A stretch of 63,921 nt of DNA, filler included, from Acidimicrobiia bacterium (GTDB lineage: Bacteria > Actinomycetota > Acidimicrobiia > Spongiisociales > SHLN01), in the NCBI GenBank assembly GCA_041619515.1. It is 4 parts of 4 records of this genome, joined end to end, with 100 filler letters (N's around TTAATTAATTAA, not from the genome) between each part and the next. Parts side by side here need not be neighbours in the genome. Positions count along the whole stretch, not along the records: positions 57,566 to 63,921 come from JBFKDW010000115.1; 3 more parts are not named here. One strand, 5' to 3'. Made by a program: the position numbers and the translations under genes. The notes beneath the pieces are model-generated. The model made no database searches, was not told the origin of the DNA, and saw nothing but the letters and a program-made list of their open reading frames with translations. This document shows, in pieces, positions 63,401-63,921 of this stretch (its first letter is position 1; each line of letters starts with the position of its first letter).

Positions 63401-63921
63401 AGCTGTTCGAAGCCGTCGCCCGGCGTCACCACGATCACCCGGCTCCCGCCGGTACCCAGATCCCCCGCCAGGCCGGCAAGGGCGGGATCGTCGTATCCGA
63501 AGATCAGCCAGGTGGCAGGCAACTCCGGTACCGGGGGGCCGGCCCGCTTCCACGAGGGAACGTAGAACCAGTCGTCGAGCGGCATCTTCCGGGTCGCAGC
63601 CGGCGCCGCATCGTCCTCCGAGCCGCCGAGGGCGAGAACATGCCGGGCTGCCGGGGCCCAGTAGCGCTCACGTTGAAACGGATATGTCGGGAGGGGAAGC
63701 CGCCGCCGCCTGGCATCACCGTGCAGGGCTGCCCAGTCCGGGGCTGCTCCGGCCTGCCAAAGGCGTCCGAGCGCCTCCAGCGCCGTCGACGCGTCGGAGC
63801 GCTCTTCCTTGGGGTGGCGGAGCGCGGTCACCACCGCCGACTCGGGCGAGTAGGAATCGTGCTGACGGACGAACGTGGCGAGGGCTCGGCCGGGACCGAC
63901 TTCGAGAAAGCTCCAGTTGCC
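60472..63921 (-). CDS. Type I PKS, C-terminal part: end of AT, KR, ACP, condensation/epimerase-like domain (5' end outside window)
   Basis: LPTYPFQRERYW, GGLGGVG with Y-x3-N KR site, FFALGGDSL, HHLAAD, FNFVG. Confidence 0.93.
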   Translation of the reverse strand, partial: GNWSFLEVGPGRALATFVRQHDSYSPESAVVTALRHPKEERSDASTALEALGRLWQAGAAPDWAALHGDARRRRLPLPTYPFQRERYWAPAARHVLALGGSEDDAAPAATRKMPLDDWFYVPSWKRAGPPVPELPATWLIFGYDDPALAGLAGDLGTGGSRVIVVTPGDGFEQLDGAFRIDPASDDDYVKLFAALAADSLLPDAVVHLWTASHLPAATMDELSGALDLGVNSVLAIARALAKQDATRPCRLEVVTSGAHSVTGEETVQPHASAVLGPCKVIPLEYANLACRNIDLSEPLSGATPAALLVAELQSEPGDVVIALRGRHRWAHDVAPVRIPAPSPQDSRIKNGGVYLIVGGLGGVGLSIAGHLAEHHRARLVLTSRSGRPDPSDETVDPELERRLLQLKQVEQAAEGLLVVKADAADEAAMQRVREAAEAEFGRIDGVIYAAGVADSAGAIHRRSRQAAEAVIASKIYGALVLERIFSDRSLDFVMLSSSIATMLYHNRFAQVGYITANSFVEAAPYRMGNGTPVITVAWDDWLEVGMSVRAAGAFSDSYGYDDITLMDPLHSFTPEEGVQVFSRALAAGHPQLYISTTDLGARIRRDVSVVSPFLERALEDEPSGGETPPVTADGIEAITAIWRDLLGFETIGVDDDFFALGGDSLQVARMADRLSHAFGVTVPLNLVFDAPTIRELHEQISTLGSGSGDGSRDGEELVEGPVPLSPGQLRFLLRGSPDPDHFNVSLLAAPREHLEAELVDRAVGEIVRHHDSLRLRLWRDDDRWVQRSEGLAGDHWTFRHVDLAATPGPEQPGAVAEIAAGLQRSLSLKAGPLVAAALFELGSGAQRLFLAAHHLAADRISLLQIVNDLQVAYRQLAASQAVELSPKTDSFQAWTTALAEYTTSPAADDDLEHWLSLPWDRIAPIPVDHQPHLGPNSNESAEAVTVTIRGAMGAGRDGGDARVDELVLAALSGALGTWTGSSHVLIDSIGHGRRQFGSDIDISRTTGFFLSYSPLLVEAEPGGGLASYVEQIRTDAERRWTIDALRYLGPDGPRHHELRALPRAEVLFNFVGRRIAADPDSFLVPVDEARGPDSAPSGLRDHSLAVYVEITNGDIELTTVFSTNLHRRETVEALVDDIVTRVEAFLRGG

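Overview
High-GC actinobacterial DNA, most consistent with Acidimicrobiia (inferred from gene content: whiB, bldD-like regulator, hrcA-dnaJ-rsmE, dapC/D/E). The window is four contigs joined by 100-bp N-TTAATTAATTAA-N linkers (19557-19656, 38617-38716, 57466-57565), so adjacency across linkers is not evidence. It is mostly housekeeping: nifU end, meaB, iscS-mnmA-ligA, dapCDE, gatCAB-pepN, ppdK end, pabB/C fusion, selAB, whiB, tRNA-Pro(CGG), tag, and hemW-CIRCE-hrcA-dnaJ-rsmE-bldD-HIT-phoH-pgpH-ybeY-corC-era. An accessory tail holds a tRNA-Met 3' fragment, an IS481 element with arrayed end repeats, a partial duplication of a D-amino-acid oxidase gene, and the end of a type I PKS. Best candidates for new biology: (1) a single polypeptide fusing an endonuclease IV with a LigD/Prim-Pol polymerase domain; (2) a PgpH-type c-di-AMP phosphodiesterase with a PASTA domain inserted in its extracellular region; (3) a pair of paralogous membrane-anchored proteins with a degenerate Nudix-like motif next to tRNA-Pro; (4) a BldD ortholog with an intact c-di-GMP motif; (5) a PKS ending in an epimerase-like condensation domain instead of a thioesterase. 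All calls come from reading the sequence; no searches were run.
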